From Candidatus Magasanikbacteria bacterium GW2011_GWA2_56_11 (lineage in GTDB: Bacteria; Patescibacteriota; Patescibacteriia; Magasanikbacterales; UBA922), in assembly GCA_001004885.1 (NCBI GenBank), contig LCRX01000001.1, positions 9,849 through 73,848 on the forward strand: 64,000 nt of DNA, written 5' to 3'. The position numbers were made by a program, and so were the translations under genes. Positions 37,377-46,957 of the stretch are shown piece by piece (the first letter of the stretch is position 1; the number at the start of each line of letters is the position of its first letter). Below the pieces are notes generated by a model that did no database searches, was not told where the DNA came from, and worked only from the letters and a program-made list of their open reading frames with translations.

Positions 37377-39059
37377 ATGTCCCAACATCGACTATCCCGC
37401 GCCGCTATCATCGGGGTAGCGTCTGCGCTGGCGCTAGGGTACGCCGTTCCGGCCAGCGCTTTTTATTTGGAGGTGCCGCAGGTGCTCAAAGAGCTGGCGG
37501 CCCGCTTTCGTCCGGCGGCGACAGTAAACGCCGACGAGAATGAAACCGTGGGTCCGGGTCCAGGGCCGGAAATGCCGCCTCCGCCCGTCTCTCCAGCCGC
37601 AGGCACGCCTGCGCAGGATCAGCCCCAACCCTCTCCATATAGGGCCGAAATGCCGCCGGCCATGCCGCTCGACGAGAGCCGGACTCCCAATCAGCCGCCG
37701 CGGCGCGAGTTTATGGGTGAAGGCGAGTTTCGCGGCGAACGCGGCGAACGCAGAGAGGGACTTCCAGACGAGGGTCGCCGCGAGGAGAACGGCGAGACGC
37801 GCCGCGGCCCGGAGATGCCGCCTGAGGGGGAATTTCGCGATGATTTTCGCCGCGGGGTAAAAGAAATGGACCGACAGATGAACGAAGTTGAGTTCATGAT
37901 CAGAAACGGCGAACGCAGCGGCCAGCCAGTGCCGAAAGAAATGCGCGAGCGCTATGAACGCGGAGAGCAGATGATGGACAATTTGCGCGAGGGGCGGGGA
38001 CCAGAAGACATGCGGGATTTTAACATGGATGAGTTTGGCGAAACGGTGGACGAGCTCGAGCAGGATCGGCGCCGTTTGGAGGAGGAAAAACGCCGTTTGT
38101 CCCAGCTTCAGCGCGAAGTAAAGAACATTGAACGCGGGCTGGCTAATTTCGAAAAGCAGGCGGCCAGGCTCCAGAGACAAAAATTGGCGGTTCCGGCCGG
38201 ACTGTCGGAGCAAATGGTAAAGATCAAAGAAGTGCTCGCGGCCGTAAAGGCGGCCAAAACATGGGAAGAGGCCGAAGCGGCCGGCGTTGAAGATATGCAT
38301 GACCTGATGCAGAGTCTGGACGAGTGGCGCCAGGAGCTGGAGATGCTCGCTCGCTGGCCGCAAACTGCCAAACAGATTGACCGCGAACTCTCGAAACTGG
38401 CGCAGGCAGTAAAGAAGGCCAAAACCCTGGCTGCCCGGTTGGCCAAAAAAGAAATTGACATCTCGGCCCAGCTCGCGGCGCTCGAAGACGGTTACAACCG
38501 GCTGAAAGACGTCCGCGCCCAGGCTGGCGCCCATGTCGCGGCCGGCAATTCGCAGGCAGCGTTTGATCTTCTCGAGAGCGATTTCTTCGGGCAAACGGAC
38601 GACATTTACGAGAATCAGCGCCTTATCGAGATGATGGGCAACCTGGGACGATTTAACAGCGATTTTACCCGGGGCGTGAAGAAGATCGAAAAAACGATTA
38701 CCAAGCTCAAGCGCCAGAAAGTGGACACGGCCGATATGGAAAGGATGCTGTCGGACATGAAATCCTCCGGCGCGGCGCTTCTCTCCATGATAAAGAATAA
38801 AGACTTCGATCCGGACGAAGTTTTGAGCTCGCTCATGGATCTTGAAAATTTGAAGCAGGAATTGGACGAGGCCATAGGCGCGGCCACGGGCGAAGAAGAA
38901 GAACTGCCGTGGCAGAAAGGCAAGGATCAGTTTAGCGCCCCGCGCCTGTCGTCGGAGTTTCAGCGTATCGTGCCGCGCCGCGAGCGTACCGATGAGCCGC
39001 CGGCTGATTTTGGACCGCCCTCCAAACCGCTCGACGAAGCGAGCGAAGCCCAAGGGTAA
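37377..39059 (+). CDS. Secreted or anchored coiled-coil hypothetical protein
   Basis: Signal peptide (AVPASA), Pro-rich linker, E/R/M-rich low-complexity segment, long helical region. Confidence 0.75.
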   Translation: MSQHRLSRAAIIGVASALALGYAVPASAFYLEVPQVLKELAARFRPAATVNADENETVGPGPGPEMPPPPVSPAAGTPAQDQPQPSPYRAEMPPAMPLDESRTPNQPPRREFMGEGEFRGERGERREGLPDEGRREENGETRRGPEMPPEGEFRDDFRRGVKEMDRQMNEVEFMIRNGERSGQPVPKEMRERYERGEQMMDNLREGRGPEDMRDFNMDEFGETVDELEQDRRRLEEEKRRLSQLQREVKNIERGLANFEKQAARLQRQKLAVPAGLSEQMVKIKEVLAAVKAAKTWEEAEAAGVEDMHDLMQSLDEWRQELEMLARWPQTAKQIDRELSKLAQAVKKAKTLAARLAKKEIDISAQLAALEDGYNRLKDVRAQAGAHVAAGNSQAAFDLLESDFFGQTDDIYENQRLIEMMGNLGRFNSDFTRGVKKIEKTITKLKRQKVDTADMERMLSDMKSSGAALLSMIKNKDFDPDEVLSSLMDLENLKQELDEAIGAATGEEEELPWQKGKDQFSAPRLSSEFQRIVPRRERTDEPPADFGPPSKPLDEASEAQG

Positions 39060-39074
39060 GGAAAATTACAGCTC

Positions 39075-39102
39075 AAACACCCCGCAAACGCGGGGTGTTT
39101 TT
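39075..39102 (+). terminator. Intrinsic terminator
   Basis: AAACACCCCGC-aaac-GCGGGGTGTTTTT. Confidence 0.75.
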
Positions 39103-39143
39103 GGTACTTGACGATCAGCAGGCTTTGCGCTACACTGGCTATA

Positions 39144-39288
39144 TCCGGCGCTGATGAGGGAAGGCACCCTTGGAGCCGGATGACAATTCGCTAAAGTGTT
39201 CCGGCTCGGCCGGGAAACTTGGGTGGAACCGCCCCTGGCGCGTCTGGCTTCAGGGACCCCGAGACTAATCTGTGTTAGTCTTTTTTTA
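39144..39288 (+). promoter_or_regulatory. Glycine T-box riboswitch with ultrashort Stem I
   Basis: Promoter TTGACG(39108)-N17-TACACT; K-turn stem with apical loop AA-GGC-A; CUUGGG-UGGAACC antiterminator; terminator GAGACUAA/UUAGUC-U7; upstream of GlyRS. Confidence 0.88.
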
Positions 39289-39357
39289 TTCTTAAGTAGG
39301 GCGGACGGCTGGTTGTCCCTAGCGCCGTCCCGGCCCATGGTTTACTAAAAACGTTCT

Positions 39358-40728
39358 ATGGCCTCAATGGAAGACATCATATCGCTTTGCAAGCGCCGCG
39401 GGTTTGTTTTTCCGGGTTCGGAAATTTACGGCGGCTTGGCCAACAGTTGGGATTACGGCCCGCTCGGCCATTTGCTCAAGCAAAACATCAAGGCCGCCTG
39501 GTGGAAATTTTTCGTGGCGGAGCGCGAGGATATGGTGCCGCTCGACACCGCGATTATTATGAACCCCAAAGTTTGGGAGGCTTCGGGACATATCCAGAAT
39601 TTTAGCGATCCTTTGGTCGAGTGCAAGTCCTGCCACCGCCGGTTCCGGGTAGACCACCTGCTCGAGGCGCGCGGCGCTGAGCCGGATTATGACAAGGAGA
39701 CGCCAATAGACATCCGGAATCTGCGCTGCCCGGAGTGCGGCGGCGAGCTGACAGACCCCAAGCAGTTTAATTTAATGTTTAAAACTTTTATCGGACCGAC
39801 CGAGGACGAATCCTCGGTCGCGTACCTGCGCCCCGAGACCGCGGCCGGAATGTTCGTCAATTTTAAAAATGTTCTCAATGTTACCCGTCGCCGTCTGCCT
39901 TTCGGCATCGCCCAAATCGGCAAGAATTTCCGCAACGAAATAACGCCGGGGAATTTTATTTTTCGCACGCGCGAGTTCGAGATCGGGGAATTCGAATATT
40001 TTATCCGCCCGCAGGGCTGGGAGGAGGTATTTGAAATGTGGCTCAAAGAGATCAGTCGCTGGTGGGGAGACGTCATGCGGATTAACCTGGATAACTTGGT
40101 GTGGCACGAAATTCCCGCCGCCGACCGGGCGTTTTACAGCCGCCGGACCGTGGATATCGAGTACAAGTATCCTTTTGGCGTAAAAGAGCTGCACGGCATT
40201 GCTTACCGGACGGATTACGATTTGTCCCGGCACGAAGAGCGGAGCGGACAGGACCTGCATTACACGGATCCGGTTACCAATGAACGCTTTATCCCGCACG
40301 TGATTGAGCCGACATTCGGCCTTGACCGGATGTTGCTGGTGTCCCTTTTGGAAGCCTACCGCGAAGAAGAGGCGCCGACGGCGGTCGAGGGCGAGACCGA
40401 AAAGCGCGTCGTACTGAAATTTCCCCGGCATCTCGCGCCGATTAAGGCGGCAGTTTTGCCGCTGTCCAAGAAACCGGAGTTGAACGCGGTGGCCAGGCCC
40501 TTGGCGCAGGCCCTGCGCCGGCGCTGGATGGTAGATTATGACGAAACCCAGAGCATCGGCAAACGTTACCGCCGGCAGGATGAGATTGGCACGCCTTTCT
40601 GCATCACGGTGGATTTCGATACCCTCGAAGACAAAAAAGTAACGGTGCGCGATCGGGATACGATGGAGCAGACTCGCCTGCCCATTGACGACGTGGCCCA
40701 TTATTTGTCCGAGCGTTTGGAGACCTAA
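39358..40728 (+). CDS. glyQS: Glycyl-tRNA synthetase (alpha2 type)
   Basis: KRRGF..SEIYGG..WDYGPLG, YLRPETA, FRNEITP..FIFRTREFE, SIGKRYRRQDEIGTP. Confidence 0.97.
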   Translation: MASMEDIISLCKRRGFVFPGSEIYGGLANSWDYGPLGHLLKQNIKAAWWKFFVAEREDMVPLDTAIIMNPKVWEASGHIQNFSDPLVECKSCHRRFRVDHLLEARGAEPDYDKETPIDIRNLRCPECGGELTDPKQFNLMFKTFIGPTEDESSVAYLRPETAAGMFVNFKNVLNVTRRRLPFGIAQIGKNFRNEITPGNFIFRTREFEIGEFEYFIRPQGWEEVFEMWLKEISRWWGDVMRINLDNLVWHEIPAADRAFYSRRTVDIEYKYPFGVKELHGIAYRTDYDLSRHEERSGQDLHYTDPVTNERFIPHVIEPTFGLDRMLLVSLLEAYREEEAPTAVEGETEKRVVLKFPRHLAPIKAAVLPLSKKPELNAVARPLAQALRRRWMVDYDETQSIGKRYRRQDEIGTPFCITVDFDTLEDKKVTVRDRDTMEQTRLPIDDVAHYLSERLET

Positions 40729-40761
40729 AACTTTCGTTTTGTTATCTTACTTTGTCCGCCT

Positions 40762-42021
40762 ATGTACGAGCATTACCGCTTACCCAACAAGGCCAACGTC
40801 TATCTGGTGCCGTTTGACAGCACCAATTCGGTTACGGGCCTGATTATGTTTCCGGTCGGCTCCCGCTACGAACCGGAAAAGTTGAACGGAGTCTCACACT
40901 ATATCGAACACCTGATGTTCAAGGGCACGGCCAAGCGCAAGAGCACCTTGCTTTTGACCAGGGAAATCGACCGGCTTGGCGCTGAGTACAATGCCTTCAC
41001 GGGCAAGGAGACGACCGGCTACTATATCAAGGCTGACGCCCGCTACTCCGAGACGCTGGTGGATATTTTGTCGGACATGCTTTTCAACTCGCTCTTTGAC
41101 GCCAAAGAAATGGAGCGCGAAAAAGGCGTCGTGGTCGAGGAATTGCGCATGTACGAGGACAATCCGCTCATGAATATTGATACTATTTTGGAAAAGGCTC
41201 TCTACGAAGGCTGTCCGCTTTCCTGGGATATCGGCGGCACGCCGCGGCACGTGAAGAGCTATGAGCGCCAGGATGTTTTGGCTTTCCGCGATCGGTACTA
41301 TGATCCGAGCGCCATGACGATAGTTTTTGCCGGTTCTATACGCCCGGAAATGAAGCGGCACATAGCCCAGTATTTCGGATCCCGCGCTTCCGCGCGTCGC
41401 GTTTCCGGCGTCTACAAGCCGGGCCGGTTTGGTCCGGCAGAAAAGAGCCGTCGCCTCGTGGTCCAGCACAAAAAAAACGATCAGGCGCAGATGATGCTGG
41501 GTTTTCCCGCTTTCGCGCACCGGGACAAGGTTAGCCCGGTGATGGCGGTGTTAAATACGATTTTGGGCGGCAGCATGAGTTCGCGTCTGTTTATCCAAAT
41601 CCGGGAGCGCCGCGGCCTGGCGTACGTGGTCAAAAGCGGAGTCCAACCGTTTCGTGATATCGGACATTTTTACGTTCAGGCCGGCCTGGAGCCGAAAAAT
41701 ATCAACCGGGCCATCGTCTGCATCAAAGAGGAACTCGAAAAAATGGCGGCGCGGCCGGTAACGAAGCGCGAACTGGCGGACGCCAAGACGCATATCCGCG
41801 GCGGCCTTACTCTGAATCTTGAGGACTCGAGCAACCAGGCGGACTGGTACGCCCGTCAGGCTTTGTTTATGGACCGCATTTACACACCCGAGGAGCGCTT
41901 GGCGCAGATCGACGCGGTAACAGCCGAGGATATCGGAGCGCTGGCGAGAAAAACATTCCGTCTAAACGAAATGCGCGTGGCAATCATCGGCGACGTGCAG
42001 CGGGAGGCGGTAAAATATTGA
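40762..42021 (+). CDS. M16 family zinc peptidase
   Basis: HYIEHLMFKG (HxxEH), NAFT, GGSMSSRLF.IRE. Confidence 0.93.
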   Translation: MYEHYRLPNKANVYLVPFDSTNSVTGLIMFPVGSRYEPEKLNGVSHYIEHLMFKGTAKRKSTLLLTREIDRLGAEYNAFTGKETTGYYIKADARYSETLVDILSDMLFNSLFDAKEMEREKGVVVEELRMYEDNPLMNIDTILEKALYEGCPLSWDIGGTPRHVKSYERQDVLAFRDRYYDPSAMTIVFAGSIRPEMKRHIAQYFGSRASARRVSGVYKPGRFGPAEKSRRLVVQHKKNDQAQMMLGFPAFAHRDKVSPVMAVLNTILGGSMSSRLFIQIRERRGLAYVVKSGVQPFRDIGHFYVQAGLEPKNINRAIVCIKEELEKMAARPVTKRELADAKTHIRGGLTLNLEDSSNQADWYARQALFMDRIYTPEERLAQIDAVTAEDIGALARKTFRLNEMRVAIIGDVQREAVKY

Positions 42022-42022
42022 T

Positions 42023-42763
42023 ATGAAATATTTCTTTGCCAACTGGAAAATGTATTTAACCGCGGCCGAGAGCCGGAGCGCGGCGCGTTCCCTGGCCGGT
42101 TTTTCTCTTCCGGAGGGTATTAGGGCGGCTGTTTTCCCCAACACTTTGGCGTTTTCGGCAGCGGCCGATGAGCTTGGCGGCTCGTATTGGCAACTGGGAG
42201 CGCAGAACGTGGACTCTACTCCGCAGGGAGCCTACACCGGCGCTACCTCGGCTCTGATGTTCAAAGAAGCGGGCGCGGTCTACGCCTTGGTAGGCCACTC
42301 GGAACGGCGGCACATTTTCGGCGAGACCGATGAGGCCGCGCACAACAAAACCCAGGCTTGCCTGGATGCGGGGCTCATTCCGGTAGTGTGCGTCGGCGAA
42401 TCCGAGTCCGATCGGAAAGAGGACAAGCGCCAGTACCGGCTTAAAAAGCAGCTTTTCCAGGTTTTTACCGGCCTTAACTTGCCCTCCGGCGCGGCCTTGG
42501 TTGCCTATGAGCCGGTATGGGCGATAGGCAGCGGCGAACCGTGCGCGCCAGCCGACGCCGACGATGTCGCCGGCTGGATTAAGCTGGAGTTGTCCCAGTC
42601 CTTCGGCTTAACGGCGGCAGTGCTTTACGGCGGCAGCGTAACGCCCGACAATGTCGCGGGCTATCTGGAGCGCGAGGCGATCGACGGCGTACTCTCGGGC
42701 AGCGCCTCGACGCGTCCGGACTCAGTGGCCGCCATGCTGGCCGCCGTCGAAGGCAGCGGCTAG
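42023..42763 (+). CDS. tpiA: Triosephosphate isomerase
   Basis: ANWKM, GHSERR, AYEPVWAIG, YGGSV. Confidence 0.96.
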   Translation: MKYFFANWKMYLTAAESRSAARSLAGFSLPEGIRAAVFPNTLAFSAAADELGGSYWQLGAQNVDSTPQGAYTGATSALMFKEAGAVYALVGHSERRHIFGETDEAAHNKTQACLDAGLIPVVCVGESESDRKEDKRQYRLKKQLFQVFTGLNLPSGAALVAYEPVWAIGSGEPCAPADADDVAGWIKLELSQSFGLTAAVLYGGSVTPDNVAGYLEREAIDGVLSGSASTRPDSVAAMLAAVEGSG

Positions 42764-42808
42764 TTTTTCGCGGCCGCTTTAACGGTTAACTTTTTTTACT
42801 GAACATTT

Positions 42809-43705
42809 ATGATGATTATTCTGCCGGCCATTTTGCTCGTTTTGTCTCTGGCAACGGCGGTGGCTGTCATCATCAGAAAATTTCCCCAATTGGTCCTGCT
42901 CGACGTAGAGAGCCTGCCGGAGGTAAAGCTGGCGCAGAAGAAAGACGAGTTTATCCGTAAGCGGGCCGAAGTGCAGGCCGCCATGCTGAACCAGAAGCTA
43001 TTGGGTTTTTTGGGACCGGTGTCGGCCTGGTACCGGCAGTGGCAGGCGAAATTTCGCCGTTATGTATCCGATCTCGAACGCCGCGTGGCCGACAAAGACG
43101 GGCGCAGCCGGTCGCTTATCAAAGAGCGGGACGAGGCAGCGGATAAGGAAGAAATTGCCCTTCATCTGGAAGAAGGCCGCAAGGCTCTCGAAGGCCGCGA
43201 TTTTGCGTCCGCCGAGCAGCACTATATCGCCGCGATTAAAATTGACGAAAAAAGCGTGCCGGCTTATTCCGGTTTGGGAGACGTGTACGCGGCGCAGGAG
43301 CATTTTGAAGAGGCCAAACAGACATATCGTTTCGTGCTGTATCTGAATCCGGTCGAGGAGCACGCCCTCTTGAGTCTGGCCGAAATCGCCGAAGAACAGG
43401 GGAGACTGGACACGGCCGTGCAGTATTATCAGGAGTTGATTTTGCATAATGAAAACATCTCTTCGCGGTTTGCGAAGCTATGCGATCTGTTGATGCAGCT
43501 TGGCCAGTACCCGACCGCGCTCGAGGCCATCCGCCAGGCCGTATACCTGGAGCCGCAGAACCCGAAATATCTTGACAATCTCATCGAAGCGAGTATAATG
43601 GTGGGGAATAAAACGCTGGCTGAAGAGGCTTACCGCGAGCTGCGCATGGTGAACCCCGAGAACCAAAAACTCGCGGTTTTCAAAGAGCGTCTCGACGCTC
43701 TCTAA
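42809..43705 (+). CDS. Membrane-anchored TPR protein
   Basis: N-terminal TM; repeated AY..LG..Y and A...P TPR patterns. Confidence 0.85.
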   Translation: MMIILPAILLVLSLATAVAVIIRKFPQLVLLDVESLPEVKLAQKKDEFIRKRAEVQAAMLNQKLLGFLGPVSAWYRQWQAKFRRYVSDLERRVADKDGRSRSLIKERDEAADKEEIALHLEEGRKALEGRDFASAEQHYIAAIKIDEKSVPAYSGLGDVYAAQEHFEEAKQTYRFVLYLNPVEEHALLSLAEIAEEQGRLDTAVQYYQELILHNENISSRFAKLCDLLMQLGQYPTALEAIRQAVYLEPQNPKYLDNLIEASIMVGNKTLAEEAYRELRMVNPENQKLAVFKERLDAL

Positions 43706-43781
43706 ACTAACGCGGCGGTTAAATAGCTTCGTCTCAACTCTCCGCGCAGGCTTGGCCTGCCGTAGCCGCGGGCGAAGGCAG

Positions 43782-43854
43782 GCCATCTTAGCTCAGCTGG
43801 TAGAGCAACGGTTTTGTAAACCGTAGGTCGCGGGTTCGAATCCCGCAGATGGCT
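43782..43854 (+). tRNA. tRNA-Thr(TGT), CCA not encoded
   Basis: GCCATCT/AGATGGC acceptor, ACGGT-TTTGTAA-ACCGT, GGTTCGAATCC. Confidence 0.97.
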
Positions 43855-43859
43855 CACAA

Positions 43860-43943
43860 GGGTCGGTTCCAGAGCGGTCAAATGGGGCAGACTGTAAATC
43901 TGCTGGCTCTACGCCTTCGCAGGTTCGAATCCTGCCCGGCCCA
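43860..43943 (+). tRNA. tRNA-Tyr(GTA), CCA not encoded
   Basis: GCAGA-CTGTAAA-TCTGC, long variable arm, GGTTCGAATCC. Confidence 0.97.
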
Positions 43944-43947
43944 CATA

Positions 43948-43980
43948 ATTTGAAAAGCACCCAGCGGGTGCTTTTCAAAT
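43948..43980. terminator. Terminator after the tRNA pair
   Basis: ATTTGAAAAGCACCC-agc-GGGTGCTTTTCAAAT. Confidence 0.75.
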
Positions 43981-44052
43981 CGGCCTCTAAGTTGCCTCCG
44001 GCTGAGCTTCCTGCTATACTAAAAGCGTTTTATTTACTTCTAATTAATCCCT

Positions 44053-44313
44053 ATGGTGAAAAGCCTGTGTGGCGTGCATAAGCTCGCCCTGGTGCTCTTG
44101 GTTGTCGGCGGTCTCAATTGGGGTCTGGTCGGCCTGTTCGATTGGAACCTGGTTACCGCCCTGTTCGGTTCCGTCCCGATGATCGAGCGCGCGGTCTACG
44201 TGCTTGTCGGCCTCTCGGCGGTGTTCATGCTTTTGAGCGGGATGTGCAAAAAATGCGGCGCCTGCTGCCAGTCGGGCGGGATGAAGGCGGCGGAGGGAGA
44301 AAAAAAGGCCTAG
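44053..44313 (+). CDS. DUF378 small membrane protein
   Basis: VGGLNWGLVGLF..NLV..LFG, VYVLVGLSA. Confidence 0.9.
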   Translation: MVKSLCGVHKLALVLLVVGGLNWGLVGLFDWNLVTALFGSVPMIERAVYVLVGLSAVFMLLSGMCKKCGACCQSGGMKAAEGEKKA

Positions 44314-44331
44314 TATTCTGGATAAGAAATT

Positions 44332-44361
44332 AAATAAAGCCCCCGCGTGGGGGCTTTATTT
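44332..44361. terminator. Bidirectional terminator
   Basis: AAATAAAGCCCCC-gcgt-GGGGGCTTTATTT. Confidence 0.75.
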
Positions 44362-44418
44362 TGGTCTAACCTGATAATGCGCTAGGGTTTCTGGGGAAAT
44401 TTACAGTTTTCAGCCGAT

Positions 44419-44982
44419 TTACCGCGCTACTATGCGCCTGATTCCGGCCTTGTGCTCGAGCGCGCCAACGCGTCCGTCGAGTTCATGGTAGTCAGTTTGC
44501 CAGGCGGTTTGCTGCAGGCTCAGTTCGATGCGTTCCTGGCCTTCTTTGAGGACTTGAATGTCGCTTTTCATTTCCCGCACGTCGCTTTTAATATCCGCTA
44601 CTTCGCTCTTTAACCCTTGTACGTCGCTTTTAAGGCCTTGTACGTCGCCTTTAATACCCTGTACGTCGCTTTTAAGGCCTTGTACGTCGCCTTTAATACC
44701 CTCTACGTCGCTTTTAAGACCTTTTACTTCGCTTTTGAGCCCCTGTACGTCGTCTTTAAGACACTGCACGTCGCCTTTCATTTCCCCCACATCGTCTTTA
44801 AGTCCTTGTACATCGCCCTTAAGACACTGCACGTCGCTTTTAATCCCCAGTATCTCTCCCTTAATTCCTTGGATTTCGCCTTTGACCCCGTGTAGTTCAG
44901 TGTTGAATTTTTCTGTTATTTCAGCAAAACCGCTAGCCACCATCACGGCCAAGTCGTCCAAAGTGATTTTTTTGCCCCCCAT
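44419..44982 (-). CDS. Heptad-repeat coiled-coil protein
   Basis: ITLDDLAVMV N-terminus, then repeated (G/E)-(L/I/M)-K-(S/G/D)-(D/E)-V-Q heptads. Confidence 0.8.
   Translation of the reverse strand: MGGKKITLDDLAVMVASGFAEITEKFNTELHGVKGEIQGIKGEILGIKSDVQCLKGDVQGLKDDVGEMKGDVQCLKDDVQGLKSEVKGLKSDVEGIKGDVQGLKSDVQGIKGDVQGLKSDVQGLKSEVADIKSDVREMKSDIQVLKEGQERIELSLQQTAWQTDYHELDGRVGALEHKAGIRRIVAR
44545..44892 (-). repeat. Degenerate 21-bp tandem repeat (about 16 units)
   Basis: Units such as GGCCTTAAAAGCGACGTACAA and GGTATTAAAGGCGACGTACAA on the minus strand. Confidence 0.85.
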
Positions 44983-45130
44983 AAAAAACACTTAAAAATA
45001 ATGGCGCGCTCTCGGTTCAGTATACCAGGAAAATAAGGGGCGTCAATTTTGGTTTTATAAACAAAAAAACGCCTGGGTGCGTCTTGGGGATGGGGTGTGT
45101 CACTCTCTGTGGGGGTATAGTCTCGCCCGG

Positions 45131-46724
45131 TCAGTCTCCGATGAGGCCGGCGAGCGTGAGGAGCGGCTTCGCGACGCCGCCGATGCCCTCGCCGACGATC
45201 GAGCCGACGGCGATGGTGGTGAGCGTCATCTCGGACCACTTCAGTAAGCGCCCCAGGACGACCCAGAGCAGGATGCCGCCCAGGAAGAACCCCAGGTCGT
45301 AGCCGATCGGCAGGATTAGGCCGATCCCGATCCCGATCGAACCCGGCAGCCAGCGCTTGAACTTCGTCTCCTCGAGAAGCGTGTAGGCGACGCCGATGAG
45401 GGCGCCGATCAGCAGGGCCTCGAGGGCGAAGTCGGGGAGGGGCTTCTTGCCCTCGAAGATGAGGGCGCTCGTGGCCCAGATCTTGGCCACCGGGGCCGGG
45501 AGCGTCCCGGTCTCGAAGTTGAGCGATTCGGCCGTCGCGATCTGGCCGAAGACGAAGGCGGCGATGAGCGCGCAGGGGATGATGGTCGCCGTCTGCAGCC
45601 AGAACTGGACGCCCGGCCGGACCTTGAACCATCGGCCGTAGGCCAGGTCGCCTGCAAGGTTGCCGGCTTGGGCGCCGCTGCCGGCGACCATACCGGCTCC
45701 GGTCAGCGTCGCGTCCGCGGCCGGCGCTCCGCACATGGCGGTAAAGCCTTGGAGGAGCACCCCCATCACCCGCGCTGGGTTGAACGCTGTCTGCGCCGCC
45801 GCCCGGGTGGCGATGATGTTTTGCAGAAGGCCGCCGACGACGATGAGGCCGATGACGAGCATTACCGAGAGCCCCCACCCGATGTGCAGGAACAGCACGG
45901 TGGCGAGCAGGCTCACGGCCGCGAACTCCGGCGTGAGGTCGAGCTATTGGAAGACAGCCATAAGCGTCCTGCATATCGGCGGGCAGGTAGCGCGCCATCA
46001 CGACGAGGACGATGGCGCCGACGAGGAAGCCGACGCTGGTGCGCAGGCCCATGAGGTAGGCGCCTCCGATCGCGAAGGGCGACCAGGCGATGGCCGCCCC
46101 GTAGGCCGCGAGCCCGAAGATCGCGAGCTCGGTGCTCTCGGGGACGAGGGCGAAGCCGCCGTCGCTGTTCAGGACCACGTAGCCGCAGCAGGCGACGAAC
46201 GTGGCCAGGAGGTAGTACGGCTGCCGGCGGTCGCCGCGCTCGGCCAGGGTCTCGATGATGCTCTTCGTGGCCACCGAGCTGGGCCAGGGCAGCTTGTCGC
46301 GCACGATGAGGAGCTCGCGCAAGAGCGGCACGAAGGCCAGGCCGACGAGGCTCGTGACGACGATGAAGGACACCATGCCCCAGAACGTCAGGGCGCCGCC
46401 CACCATGAACTTGGCCGCGAAGAAGTTCGAGACAAAGCCCAGACTCCCTCCGGCCGATCCCATCGTGGCCACGATCACGAGCTCGTGCGAGCTGATCTTG
46501 GTCCGCGAGAGGAAGAAGCAGGCGAAGAAGATGAGAGCCGCGATGGTCGGCCCTTCCTCGATCACCCCGAACGACAGGGTGAGGTAGGAGTTCATGGCGC
46601 ACAACAGGGCCGCGAGCACGAAGCCCGCGGCCACGCTCCGGAACGTCAGGGTCTGGGCCGCGGGCGCCGGGGAAACCGGCTCGGCCTGCGGTTGGCTTAC
46701 TTCCGCTACACTTGCACTCACCAC
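45131..46724 (-). pseudogene. OPT-family oligopeptide transporter, frameshifted near 45945-45965
   Basis: N-half (NSYLTLSFG, KLPWPS) and C-half (LPAPVAKIW, GIGIGLILP, GSIVGEGI) are in different frames, with a TAG at the junction. Confidence 0.75.
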
Positions 46725-46957
46725 TCACCTCGCTTGTACTAACAGAGAGTGACACTTCTTCTGTCCACCTCTCCGGGTCTACCAACTTTCTGCCGCTTCT
46801 GCGGCAGCATGCCCTTTCGAGATGGACATGTTTCTCCCTGTTAGCAGTTGAATTGTAGAGAACAGATTGGCAGAAGCTTATAGCGAAAGCAGCGGGTTTG
46901 TCAAGGCGGGATGGACAGGCGGTGGACGGCCGGGTACAATAAAAACGTTCTATTTTT

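Noticed and set aside
39151-39175. Second hammerhead (CUGAUGAG)
   Set aside because: No GAAA follows the stem; the sequence is explained by the T-box K-turn
44943-45950. Arg/Pro-rich C-terminal half of the 593-aa ORF
   Set aside because: Out-of-frame read-through after the OPT frameshift; the real C-half is the 45131-45916 frame
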